Assembly: GCA_963839205.1 (NCBI GenBank)
Contig: CAWITU010000002.1
Span: forward strand, 75,034-139,033
Reading direction: 5' to 3'
From: an uncultured bacterium
Lineage (GTDB): Bacteria > Patescibacteriota > Minisyncoccia > Phycocordibacterales > CAWITU01
DNA length: 64,000 nt
Shown here: positions 41,569-51,198 of the stretch, piece by piece
Numbering within the stretch: position 1 is the stretch's first letter
Layout: each line of letters begins with the position of its first letter
The notes under the pieces: generated by a model
Databases searched by the model: none
What the model was told of the DNA's origin: nothing
Seen by the model: only the letters and a program-made list of their open reading frames with translations
Program-made: the position numbers and the translations under genes

Positions 41569-41702
41569 TCTTAGATTGAAAAGTGTGGAATAAGGAATTC
41601 AGTCTCTGCTCTTCACTTTTCCAGACAATTGTTTGAGAAGGTGGAGAATAAATGTACCTGAAGGTCACGGAAAGTCAGAGACTTCATTAATGTGTCATAC
41701 TT

Positions 41703-41845
41703 CTCCCAACGACAACTATTGGTCGAGTACTGAGTATGCACCCAACAACAACAACGCTTGGAACGTCAACACCAACAATGGTAGTCTGAACAACAACAAC
41801 AAGAACAACAACAACCTTGCTCGATGCGTCCGCTAGCATTCCTGC
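41703..41845 (+). repeat. DGR-2 template repeat (TR2)
   Basis: AAC/AAT-rich; translation 'YWSSTEYAPNNNNAWNVNTNNGSLNNNNKNNNNLARCVR'. Sense strand is the same as the RT. ORF 41633-41836 is a TR read-through, not a gene. Confidence 0.9.
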
Positions 41846-41874
41846 TCCTACCCTCGGCTTATTTTGAATAATCT

Positions 41875-43047
41875 ATGAGTACTATTTTTACATTAGAAAA
41901 AATATGGAATGCCTATGAAGATTGCCGGAAGCGTAAAAAGAATACAGTTAATGCCCTGAAATTTGAGCTTAATCGTGAGAAAAATCTTGTAAAACTTTTG
42001 TATGATCTAAAATCTCGCCGTTATAAAATTTCTCGGCATATCTGTTTTATTGTTACAGTTCCTACGCCACGAGAAATATTTGCTGCGGATTTTCGAGACA
42101 GGATCGTTCACCATCTTTTGTATAGAGAGCTATATGAAATGATTGATGTTGATTTGATTGCTGATTCATATGCTAATCGACGGGGTAAGGGAACCCATTC
42201 TGCTGTGTCTCGTCTTAGTAAATATATTAAGGAGATCAAAAGTGAGACGGGTGGAGGATTTTATCTTAAGCTTGATGTCCAGAGTTTTTTTCGTTCTATA
42301 GATAGAAGTATTTTATTTAAAATTTTAGAGGACAAATTATTAAAAAAAGTTTCAGGTTATGTGTTTAATTCCAATCACGACGACGTGTGGTTACAAGAGG
42401 TGTTTTGGCTTTTGAAGGAGATCATTTTTAATGATCCGACACTAAACTTTATTTATAAAGGAAATCCAGCTTTACAAAAACTCATTCCCCCGAATAAGTC
42501 ACTGTTTTATTCGGGGGGACGAGGATTACCTATCGGAAATTTGACTAGTCAATTTTTTGCTAATGTTTATCTTAATGAACTTGATCAATTCATTACAAAA
42601 AAACTTGGCTTCAGTAAATATCTTCGCTACGTTGACGATTTTGTTATTGTTTCCGACGACAAGGAAAAGTTACGCTCGTCAATAAAACCGATTGATGATT
42701 TTATACGTCAGCGTCTCAATCTTAAAATCCATCCCCATAAGATTTGTCTTCAGTCAGTTTCCTTGGGTATAGATTATTTGGGATATTTTATAAAGCCAAC
42801 ACATAGTGTAATAAGGCAAAAAGTTGTTAGTAGGTTTAAAAACAAATTATATAAAATATCGCACAAAGAGAGTTTGTTGCGCGATCAAGTTGAGCAAATT
42901 TTACCTATGATTAATTCATATTACGGACATTTTAGTCATGCCAGTAGTCACAACTTACGTGTTGCTCTCTATAAAGAACATATGTTAAAATTAAAGGAGA
43001 GAATCGTTTTTGATGATAAATATAATAGTGCTAGTTTAAAAAAATAA
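41875..43047 (+). CDS. DGR-type reverse transcriptase (DGR-2)
   Basis: 'LPIGNLTSQFFANVYLNELD' (DGR IGxxxSQ signature), 'YLRYVDDFVIVSDD' and fingers motifs 'FRDRIVHHLLY' and 'RRGKGTHSAV'. Confidence 0.9.
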   Translation: MSTIFTLEKIWNAYEDCRKRKKNTVNALKFELNREKNLVKLLYDLKSRRYKISRHICFIVTVPTPREIFAADFRDRIVHHLLYRELYEMIDVDLIADSYANRRGKGTHSAVSRLSKYIKEIKSETGGGFYLKLDVQSFFRSIDRSILFKILEDKLLKKVSGYVFNSNHDDVWLQEVFWLLKEIIFNDPTLNFIYKGNPALQKLIPPNKSLFYSGGRGLPIGNLTSQFFANVYLNELDQFITKKLGFSKYLRYVDDFVIVSDDKEKLRSSIKPIDDFIRQRLNLKIHPHKICLQSVSLGIDYLGYFIKPTHSVIRQKVVSRFKNKLYKISHKESLLRDQVEQILPMINSYYGHFSHASSHNLRVALYKEHMLKLKERIVFDDKYNSASLKK

Positions 43048-43096
43048 TCAATCTAAGACCAGAGTAAAACATTTTATTATAAATAAAATTAAATTT

Positions 43097-43855
43097 ATGA
43101 AAAAAAAGCCAATAGTATTTTTAATAACGATCGCAGTGGTAATCTCTTTTGTGGGATTTGCTGGGTCTTCTTTAGTTGCAAAAGCTGCAGATAAAACATC
43201 ACGTCCCATTGTTGGAGTAGTTACAGGAATTAATGGCACAACGCTTACAGTGGTCACAAGAAACAATGCTACTTACAGCGTAGATGCAGATAACGCCGAT
43301 GTTGTTACGGGTTTTTTAGGTTTTTGGGCAAAACCTTCTTCTTTTTCTAATATTCAAGTCACAGACACTCTTACTGTGAAAGGAGATGTTAGTGGTTCTT
43401 CAATTATTGCTATTGATATTGCCGACAATAAGACACCAAGTAATGCTCTTTCTGAAGAATCTTTAAAGCCTTCTCCTACTGATGCCACTTCGACTCAAAC
43501 AAATTCTGATACGCAAAATTTGAATGAGCAAGCCTCATCTACCAATTCAGATGCTTCATCAACGATCCTAGATACCCTTCAAGGGATTGTAAATAATGTA
43601 GTAGCAGGTGTGTTTAGTGGCACATCTATAGGAACTTCAACTACGGTTGACGTAACATCTACTTCAACAAATTATACAGATTCGAATCAGCAAGCAGATG
43701 CAAGCACTACAGCGACAACAACTTCAATTGTAGATACAGTGATTAATACCATTTCAAATACAGTTCAGAGCGTTGTTAATGCTGTCACTGGTGGAGCAAG
43801 TACCACTGATAGCACTAATTCAAGTGATGCCTCAGCTTCAAGTACAGATCAATAA
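43097..43855 (+). CDS. Secreted Ser/Thr-rich hypothetical protein
   Basis: Signal peptide 'MKKKPIVFLITIAVVISFVGFAGSSLVAKA'. Low-complexity S/T-rich C-terminus. Confidence 0.4.
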   Translation: MKKKPIVFLITIAVVISFVGFAGSSLVAKAADKTSRPIVGVVTGINGTTLTVVTRNNATYSVDADNADVVTGFLGFWAKPSSFSNIQVTDTLTVKGDVSGSSIIAIDIADNKTPSNALSEESLKPSPTDATSTQTNSDTQNLNEQASSTNSDASSTILDTLQGIVNNVVAGVFSGTSIGTSTTVDVTSTSTNYTDSNQQADASTTATTTSIVDTVINTISNTVQSVVNAVTGGASTTDSTNSSDASASSTDQ

Positions 43856-43924
43856 TCGAATTTACACTTTCCCACATATTTGGAGTAGTAAAATATGGTA
43901 TCTGTGTTAAAATCTATAATATAA

Positions 43925-46900
43925 ATGGACAAAAATTTCTCTGGAAATAAAAAATTATTTAACGGAAGTTTTATTTTCGTCATTTTTTTTGTGTTATTTG
44001 CTTGTGCAATTGTTTTACAAACTACGGGTGTATTTGCATCAACGTCAACAGCACCTATTGATTCAGAGTATCATTATGCATGGGGAGAAAATGTCGGTTG
44101 GATAGATTTCTCAAATGTAAATGTAGACTATGCTTCCACGACTCTTAGTGGCTACGCTTACGGTGAAAATATTGGCTTTATTTCTTTGAACTGTAAAAAT
44201 ACTGATTCTTGTGCATCCAATAATTACGCTGTCACCAATGATAATTATGCGGGGGTACTTGGTGGATATGCTTGGGGAGAAAATGTCGGTTGGATTGATT
44301 TCTCAAATGTAACCTTTTCTACGAGCACTGGAGTTTTCAGTGGCTACGCATACGGTGAAAATATTGGAAATATTATATTTGGCACGAGCACTAATAAGGT
44401 CGTTGTTGATTGGGTGCCACCACTTGCAACAAGCACTCCAGTGACATCTTGCGGGACGATTGTATACCCCGGAACATATACTCTAGGTTCTGACATCACT
44501 GATAATTCTACTTCGACCGCATGTTTTACTGTCCTCACCGACAACGTAATCATCAATGGCCTTGACCCTATTGATAACACAACAATTCACACTGTCACAG
44601 GTAATGGAAGTGATTATGGTGTAGATGCAGAGGGGATTGATTCTGGTGCAGACGGACATTCAGTTACTGTAGAAAATATTTCATTGAATAATTTTAGTAA
44701 TGGAATCAGCACGAATGCAAATAGTAGTGGAAACGGAAATGGGGGTTCTCTCACTGTTACGAATGCTACAATTATCGGTGCTGTTTCTGCAAGCGGGTCT
44801 GGTTCTGGCCAAAGTGGTACTGTTTTAATAAACAACTCCAATATCACTGTTCCAAATGGTTCATCGTGGACACTGAATGACGGGGGTACTGGCAACATTT
44901 GGATATTTAATGGTAATAGTTTTAATACTGGAACTATTCATGGTACGGCTAAATTTTATAGCACTTCTCAAATGCAATCTGGATCGGCTGATACCTGTAA
45001 TTTTTATGAAGCAAGTAGTATAACAGGTGGTACTTGTGGCACGATTAACTTACTGCAACCATATTATTTTGATCCTACATCAGATTCGTTATGGAGTAAT
45101 CCATCCAACTGGTATTGGAAGAGCGGTAGTGCTACTAGTACAGTTCCAGACACAGCATCAAGTACTCCGCAGACTCAAGATACGGTTTATTTAGGTGGAA
45201 CTCCAACTAGTACCCCTAATACCATTTTAGCTACTATCTATGTCGCAACATCTACACCAAATACTGGTGATATTGCCGTAGATCTTACAAATCTCACTGG
45301 CCCAAACACAGTCACAAACTTTTACAACGGACACAGTGTCGGTAATATTCAAGGAACAATTAACCTTTACAATAATCTTTCACTTTCAAGTGTCAAAGGG
45401 ACGGGTACCCTTGATCCTAATATCATCATTAACTTTTATGACACCTCACATAACGATGTCTCCAATGTATCGGGAACGTTGAATTTTTATGGTCACAGTT
45501 ATAATTCATCAAACGGTAGCGCTGTAAATACTCCAAATTTTTACGATTCTAGTTATAATCAAAATACCCTTCAATCAGCTGTTTTTGGTGATGAAAGTAA
45601 TAATACTGGCACAACCACAAATGCGATTTTTAATGGAACTTCCACGAATTCTGGGTCAGTTGGTGTTGCTACATTTAATGATAATAGCAACAACACTGGT
45701 AGTGTAGGGCAAGCCACTTTTAATAATAGTTCCTACAATATCGGTACATCCACTATTGCCACTTTCGTCGGTGATCTTTCGGAAAATTTTTACCAATCTA
45801 TTAATGGCTCTGTTTCTGGAGTAAAGACTCGTCTATATACGAATTTAGCTCCGCAGGTTAATTTACTCAGATCTTTTGTTGATTCGGCTTGGACGATTGT
45901 CGCAGATAATACACTAGTTAAGTTACTCTTTAGAAATCTAATCGATATATTTGGAAGAAATGCAAATACTACGACAACATTGGTTGAACAAAATGGCGGT
46001 GTAATTCTTCGTCCATTAGCTCCAGGTATTATTTCATCTTGCGGAGTTCTTGATACAGAAAATGGGACATATACCCTCGATACATCTACGGATGCTCAAA
46101 ATTATTTCTTCAATTACAAATATGACACTTGTTTCATTGTCCGTGCCAATGGTGTAACTATCAATGGTGCGAATATGACAGTGAGAACTAGCTCAAATAG
46201 TTCATCTTCAATTGCTGTTCTTGCCACATCGACGCCTTCACAAGATGGCACTTATAATGCTTTTACAAACCTTACTATAAATAACATTAGATTTGCAGGA
46301 TTTGCATACGCAGCAAACGCAGATGGTACGGATAACCCAAGTGGTGCGGGAGGTAATGGAGGAGTTGTCTCATTTGCCACTTCAACATTAAATGCAAACA
46401 TTCTTGCTGATGGTGGAAATGGAAGTGCAGACGGTGGCAATGGTGGTTCTATATCCATTGTTAACGTCAACACTAGAGGCTTTACTGCGTCAACAACACT
46501 TTCTGTAAATGGAGGTAACAGTACTTCGTGTGGAAATGGTGGTAATGCTGGGACAGTCAACACTTTCCATTCCTCATATAACATAGTCTCCGTGCTTGCA
46601 GGTAATGGATCAAATTCCGGTTGCCCAGGCAATTCTTCGGCAGGACAGGCTGGTTCTTCTGGTGGTGGACATGTAGACGTGGGTGGAAGTAACGGCTCTA
46701 GTGATGATCCAGGAGCAGCTCCTGCGCCATCATCTCCTAGCTCTCCATCATCTCCAATTTCTTATGGTGGCGGTGGTGGCTCCATTTCACTCACTCCTTC
46801 TACTACCTTTGGTGGTGGCTCTCTACCAGTCGTAACCCTTCCAGTTAATATCCTGACCCCACTTCACCTCAAAGCTTTACCAACCTTCGGTTCCACTCCA

Positions 46901-47494
46901 ACCTCCTTCAACTTCTTACCATTAGTGTCTTCGTATCTTTTTGCACCAATTCCAAATCCTCTGGGAGCAGCACTTGTCAAAGATATTTCACTTTCAAAAT
47001 TCATCGCGACTCTCGGAATTAGTAATGCTCAAAGCTTAGCCGTTCTTCAAATCAATCCAGTTAAGCTTCCAAAAACCATAACCACATTGCCTCCAGGATT
47101 GTTCATGGTCACAGCGGGAGATAAGGCGGTTATTACGAGCCTTGTTGCCAATAAAAAGTATCAGTTAGTAGAGTCAGTAACCGTTTCTCCAGGTACCACA
47201 CTAGGAGTGTCTATCATTCCTCAAAATAGCTCGAAGATTACTGCTTCATTTCATAATGCAAAAGTATCATTCGTTCCTGTTAAAACTGGTCCTAAATCAG
47301 AGGTCACTGCAACAATTGTCTCTCCAAATGTGGCTGGAACATATTACCTCACATCCAATGCTTCACCGCTTACCGTTGCCATCAATGTAGTTTTGCCACC
47401 AAAGGTTATAGTTAAACCAACACCGGCTCCGTCGGTGGGGATAACAAGCGTTTTGAATTGGCTTAATTCAGTGGTAAAATTGTTTAAATGGTGA
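43925..47494 (+). CDS. Giant secreted repeat protein (1189 aa; putative adhesin/surface protein)
   Basis: N-terminal TM/signal. Duplicated 'GYAWGENVGWIDFSNV...SGYAYGENIG' module (nt 44075-44400). Gly/Asn/Ser-rich beta-solenoid-like middle region and Pro-rich linker. Confidence 0.5.
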   Translation: MDKNFSGNKKLFNGSFIFVIFFVLFACAIVLQTTGVFASTSTAPIDSEYHYAWGENVGWIDFSNVNVDYASTTLSGYAYGENIGFISLNCKNTDSCASNNYAVTNDNYAGVLGGYAWGENVGWIDFSNVTFSTSTGVFSGYAYGENIGNIIFGTSTNKVVVDWVPPLATSTPVTSCGTIVYPGTYTLGSDITDNSTSTACFTVLTDNVIINGLDPIDNTTIHTVTGNGSDYGVDAEGIDSGADGHSVTVENISLNNFSNGISTNANSSGNGNGGSLTVTNATIIGAVSASGSGSGQSGTVLINNSNITVPNGSSWTLNDGGTGNIWIFNGNSFNTGTIHGTAKFYSTSQMQSGSADTCNFYEASSITGGTCGTINLLQPYYFDPTSDSLWSNPSNWYWKSGSATSTVPDTASSTPQTQDTVYLGGTPTSTPNTILATIYVATSTPNTGDIAVDLTNLTGPNTVTNFYNGHSVGNIQGTINLYNNLSLSSVKGTGTLDPNIIINFYDTSHNDVSNVSGTLNFYGHSYNSSNGSAVNTPNFYDSSYNQNTLQSAVFGDESNNTGTTTNAIFNGTSTNSGSVGVATFNDNSNNTGSVGQATFNNSSYNIGTSTIATFVGDLSENFYQSINGSVSGVKTRLYTNLAPQVNLLRSFVDSAWTIVADNTLVKLLFRNLIDIFGRNANTTTTLVEQNGGVILRPLAPGIISSCGVLDTENGTYTLDTSTDAQNYFFNYKYDTCFIVRANGVTINGANMTVRTSSNSSSSIAVLATSTPSQDGTYNAFTNLTINNIRFAGFAYAANADGTDNPSGAGGNGGVVSFATSTLNANILADGGNGSADGGNGGSISIVNVNTRGFTASTTLSVNGGNSTSCGNGGNAGTVNTFHSSYNIVSVLAGNGSNSGCPGNSSAGQAGSSGGGHVDVGGSNGSSDDPGAAPAPSSPSSPSSPISYGGGGGSISLTPSTTFGGGSLPVVTLPVNILTPLHLKALPTFGSTPTSFNFLPLVSSYLFAPIPNPLGAALVKDISLSKFIATLGISNAQSLAVLQINPVKLPKTITTLPPGLFMVTAGDKAVITSLVANKKYQLVESVTVSPGTTLGVSIIPQNSSKITASFHNAKVSFVPVKTGPKSEVTATIVSPNVAGTYYLTSNASPLTVAINVVLPPKVIVKPTPAPSVGITSVLNWLNSVVKLFKW

Positions 47495-47557
47495 GAATGT
47501 CTTAACCCACTACTCAAACAATATATTAGTAATTATCAAGTAATTTAATTTAAAAAA

Positions 47558-47935
47558 ATGTTTAAAATCGAATCAGGTGTACTAGATAAAACACGATTGT
47601 TCTCAAACTTCCTAATGATCGTGCTTCTTGCTGGAAACCTTTTCTTTACAGCTCAATATTTCGAGAACATGAAGGTTCAAACACCTGTTGTCGATAATAC
47701 TGGAAAGAATATTCAGATTGCACACTTTCTACAGGAATTTATTGTGATCGTCCTCAACCCCCAGACTCCAGTTTCCTCTGACGACAGAGTGAAACTTGAG
47801 AATGATGTTCGACAGATAGGGGATCCACAGATCTTGACAGATTGGCAGAATTTCGTTGCAAGTAATAATGCCAAGGATGCTCAAACTAGCGCTATCAAAC
47901 TTATGTCTTTGCTCTCTGCAAAGATGATTCAGTAG
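47558..47935 (+). CDS. Hypothetical protein with N-terminal TM helix
   Basis: ORF only. Confidence 0.3.
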   Translation: MFKIESGVLDKTRLFSNFLMIVLLAGNLFFTAQYFENMKVQTPVVDNTGKNIQIAHFLQEFIVIVLNPQTPVSSDDRVKLENDVRQIGDPQILTDWQNFVASNNAKDAQTSAIKLMSLLSAKMIQ

Positions 47936-47949
47936 GCTCTCGAAATTTC

Positions 47950-48075
47950 TCCACTTAAGTCGGCGGCTCTTAGTCGGTCCTTTCTTTTTCTGCGCCCGCT
48001 CGAAAAAGTAAGGACACGACACGACCCTAACTCCACCTTACGGTTCATTCTTTCGTGCAAGGCGAAGAAGAAATA
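47950..48075 (+). repeat. Intergenic repeat element, copy A
   Basis: Shares a 34-nt perfectly identical core (cgaccctaactccaccttacggttcattctttcg) and flanking modules with 56085-56200 in inverted orientation. Confidence 0.55.
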
Positions 48076-48186
48076 GTATTTTGGCAGTCGAAAGATGTGC
48101 GACGAGCCAGTACCGGCGAGAAGTTCTTGAGACAACAAAGTACTATTCTTCGAAGTTGACATTAAGATAGAGAAGAGTATTCTATC

Positions 48187-48212
48187 GGGTAACAGCCCCG
48201 AGAGGGGTTTTT
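48187..48212 (+). terminator. Terminator-like hairpin upstream of secE
   Basis: agcccc-gaga-ggggtttttt. Confidence 0.4.
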
Positions 48213-48233
48213 TATTAAGTTATCTAAATTTCC

Positions 48234-48413
48234 ATGGGAATCGCAGATTATATTAAAGAAACAAGAGTAGAGATGAAGCACGTTAAATGGCCAACTACTA
48301 ACCAAGCAATTGCTTTCACAAGCATTGTCATTTTACTTTCTATTGTAGTAGCTGCTTTTCTTGGAGTTTTTGATTATCTATTCTCTCTCGTTATTCAACA
48401 CATTCTCGGTTAA
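48234..48413 (+). CDS. secE: Preprotein translocase subunit SecE
   Basis: 59-aa ORF 'MGIADYIKETRVEMKHVKWPTTNQAIAFTSIVILLSIVVAAFLGVFDYLF', directly upstream of nusG. Below the track's length cutoff. Confidence 0.6.
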   Translation: MGIADYIKETRVEMKHVKWPTTNQAIAFTSIVILLSIVVAAFLGVFDYLFSLVIQHILG

Positions 48414-48429
48414 TTTTTAAATAAACACT

Positions 48430-48975
48430 ATGGCCAAACAACAAATAAACAGCGAAAGAAACTGGTACGCTATTCACACCTATGCTGGGTATGAAAATGC
48501 CGTTTCTCGAAATCTTAAACAGCGTATTGAATCCTTGGGTATGGAAGGAAAAATTTTCAATGTGCTTGTTCCTACCGAGAAGAAGATAAAAATTAAAGGA
48601 GGGAAGCGCGTTGAGGAAGAAGAGAAAATTTATCCCGGTTATATCCTTGTAGATATGGTTGTTACCGATGATTCTTGGTATGTCGTCCGAAATACTCCTC
48701 GTGTGACTGGGTTTGTTGGATCAGGCGTCTACCCAGTGCCACTAGACAAGAAAGAAGTTGAAGAGCTATTCAAGCGATTAGATACCGGTACTGTTAAACA
48801 TAACATCAATGTTGATGTTGATGACGCTGTAATCATTATTGACGGGCCATTTAAAGACCTTGAGGGCAAGGTCAGTGAGGTTGATAATGAACGCGGTAAG
48901 GTCAAAGTTCTTGTTTCAATGTTCGGTCGCGAAACACCAGTTGAACTTGATTTCTTGCAGGTTAAAAGAATTTAA
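48430..48975 (+). CDS. nusG: Transcription termination/antitermination factor NusG
   Basis: 'NWYAIHTYAGYENAV' NGN domain and C-terminal KOW 'GPFKDLEGKVSEVDNERGKVKVLVSMFGRETPVELDF'. Confidence 0.9.
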   Translation: MAKQQINSERNWYAIHTYAGYENAVSRNLKQRIESLGMEGKIFNVLVPTEKKIKIKGGKRVEEEEKIYPGYILVDMVVTDDSWYVVRNTPRVTGFVGSGVYPVPLDKKEVEELFKRLDTGTVKHNINVDVDDAVIIIDGPFKDLEGKVSEVDNERGKVKVLVSMFGRETPVELDFLQVKRI

Positions 48976-48993
48976 GGTATTCTCTACATCTCC

Positions 48994-49416
48994 ATGGCTA
49001 AACAAATACTAAAAAAATTAAAACTTCAGATTCCAGGCGGTAAAGCCGTTCCAGGTCAGCAACTAGGCCCCGTTCTTGGTGGTGCTGGTATTAATATCGG
49101 CGAATTCGTTAAGCGTTTCAATGAGGAGACTAAGGGCCGAATTGGAGAAACTGTCCCTACGATTGTTGAGGTTTATGACGACAGAACCTATAAACTTATC
49201 TATAAAATTGAACCAGCCTCAGCTTTGATTTTGAAAGCTATCGGTATTGAAAAAGGTTCTGGTACTAACATCATCAAAAAAGCCGGTTCTATCAGCAAAG
49301 CAAAGATTAAAGAAATTGCCGAAAAGAAAATGCCTGACTTAAATGCTGGAAGTCTTGAGGCCGCTATGCTAATTATTGAAGGAACTTGCCGATCAATGGG
49401 AGTGGAGGTTAAGTAA
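48994..49416 (+). CDS. rplK: 50S ribosomal protein L11
   Basis: 'IPGGKAVPGQQLGPVLGGAGINIGEFVKRFN'. Confidence 0.9.
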   Translation: MAKQILKKLKLQIPGGKAVPGQQLGPVLGGAGINIGEFVKRFNEETKGRIGETVPTIVEVYDDRTYKLIYKIEPASALILKAIGIEKGSGTNIIKKAGSISKAKIKEIAEKKMPDLNAGSLEAAMLIIEGTCRSMGVEVK

Positions 49417-49430
49417 ATTAATTCTGTGAA

Positions 49431-49463
49431 AAGAGGGCGGCCCAAAGGGCCGCCCTCTTTTCT
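49431..49463. terminator. Strong intrinsic terminator after rplK
   Basis: aaaagagggcggccc-aaag-ggccgccctctttt. rplA is not present downstream. Confidence 0.8.
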
Positions 49464-49516
49464 TTTGACTTTGTTCCACAAACTGATAATGTGGCCCTGA
49501 AAGGAACCTCGAAAAT

Positions 49517-50578
49517 ATGAACATAACCAAATCTGACATGACTCAGTTGGCGGCTAAATTTAAAGAAGCGGTTCAGTCTGTCGGTCGCATCGCAATTGTT
49601 ATCGCTCAGGTTGACCCTGATGCTCTCGCTGCGGCTCTGTCGCTTAAGGAAATCATAGCAATGCTTTCGGCCCATTCAACTCACACGGCCATCGACATTG
49701 TTTATGGTGGTGATGTTGCTAATTCGCAAAATCGGGCAATCATCAACTATTTCAATCTGCAGATGATTCCGTTTAGTAAGTACGATTTTTCTGGTAAGTC
49801 TGTTGCACTTGTCGATTCCTCAAAAATTGCTGATCGGCGAATCGCTTTTCCAGAGAACACGGTGCTATCAATGATTATTGACCATCATCGTGAGCCTGAT
49901 CCACCAGCTGGTAATAATCAGTTTTATTGGGTGGATGATGTCGGATCAACGTCGACCATGATTGTCGAGCTTTATCAAGCTCTGGGATTTGAAATTGAAA
50001 AAATCAGTCCGGTCTTGGCCGTAATGCTGACGCTTGGGATTCGAATCGATACCGACACTTTAATCTATGGTTCCGATAGGGACGCCGCAGCCCACGCACT
50101 TGTCGTAAAGCGTTCTGATCCCAAAGATCTGAAAAGGCTTTTGCACCCGTCACTTTCCAAAGATTACTTTGATCACCTCCAGATGGCTCTTCAAAACAAG
50201 TGCCAGAAAGGGGCTCGAATGGTCGCTGGTATTGGGACTGTTGATCGAACAGACGGTGACGACGTCGCCCTGATTGCAGATATGCTGATTCGGGACAATA
50301 CCGTTTCGCTTGCAGTGGTCTGGGCTATTATCGACGACAACGTTCGTATCGCTGCTCGCAACGATGATTCGTCGGAACCGTTAAATGATTTCTTGCGCCA
50401 AAGGTTTGGTCAGGCGTCTGGATCGAAATTTACGGTTGATGGACGAGAAATCGGCGGGGCACTTCTTGAATTTAAGCGTGAGTCCTGGATGACCAAGGCT
50501 TTTGCCTTCGATGAATCTCGAAAGAAATTCGAGGAGTTTATCGGACAGCTCATCAACGATTTGGTATTTCAGGATTGA
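49517..50578 (+). CDS. DHH-family phosphoesterase (NrnA-like oligoribonuclease/pAp phosphatase)
   Basis: 'GGDVANSQ', 'IIDHHREP' (DHH motif) and a DHHA1-like C-terminus. Noticeably higher GC than neighbours. Confidence 0.6.
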   Translation: MNITKSDMTQLAAKFKEAVQSVGRIAIVIAQVDPDALAAALSLKEIIAMLSAHSTHTAIDIVYGGDVANSQNRAIINYFNLQMIPFSKYDFSGKSVALVDSSKIADRRIAFPENTVLSMIIDHHREPDPPAGNNQFYWVDDVGSTSTMIVELYQALGFEIEKISPVLAVMLTLGIRIDTDTLIYGSDRDAAAHALVVKRSDPKDLKRLLHPSLSKDYFDHLQMALQNKCQKGARMVAGIGTVDRTDGDDVALIADMLIRDNTVSLAVVWAIIDDNVRIAARNDDSSEPLNDFLRQRFGQASGSKFTVDGREIGGALLEFKRESWMTKAFAFDESRKKFEEFIGQLINDLVFQD

Positions 50579-50591
50579 GGGTAGTAAGAAT

Positions 50592-50633
50592 GGAGGCGCG
50601 GTTTTCAAAGAAAACCGCGCCTCATTTTGTTTT
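50592..50633. terminator. Bidirectional intrinsic terminator (DHH gene / folA convergent)
   Basis: gaggcgcggtttt-caaag-aaaaccgcgcctc followed by attttgtttt. Confidence 0.7.
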
Positions 50634-50661
50634 ATCTTATTATTGACAGCGTAAACGCTTT

Positions 50662-51153
50662 TCAATTCCTTTCCAATTCTAAAAAAGTGTAGGAGTAATT
50701 TTCATCATGACTTTCTTTTTTGTAAGTAATTTTTGAAAATTCGGAACAGTCGGGGAAATAGGTATCACCAGCTACATCTAAATCAACTAGCGTTAGGTAT
50801 AGCTTGTCGGCGAGAGGGAGGGCTTCTTTGTAGATTTGGCCGCCGCCGATTATGAACACTTCGTGTTCGTCTATGACGGCGGCGTTCAGAATGGCCTCTT
50901 CCAGCGAACTCGCCATCACCACTCCATCTGCCACCTGTTTAGCATCACGACTTATTACAATGTTGGTGCGCATTGGAAGAGGCCTCCCAATCGATTCAAA
51001 AGTCTTCCTGCCCATGATTACTGGATGACCTGAAGTTATCTCTTTAAATCTTTTAAAATCTTCTTTTATGTGCCATAACATGGTATTGCCACCCCCGATT
51101 ACTCGGTTTTTGGCTAAAGCAGCTATTATTGAAATTTTTGGTTTGATTTTCAT
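50662..51153 (-). CDS. folA: Dihydrofolate reductase
   Basis: 'ISIIAALAKNRVIGGGNTMLWHIKEDFKRFKEITSGHPVIMGRKTFESIGRPLPMRTNIVISRD'. Confidence 0.85.
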   Translation of the reverse strand: MKIKPKISIIAALAKNRVIGGGNTMLWHIKEDFKRFKEITSGHPVIMGRKTFESIGRPLPMRTNIVISRDAKQVADGVVMASSLEEAILNAAVIDEHEVFIIGGGQIYKEALPLADKLYLTLVDLDVAGDTYFPDCSEFSKITYKKESHDENYSYTFLELERN

Positions 51154-51198
51154 GGTGGTCGCCTATATACTTTCTTTATTACATTTCAATTCTAACAC

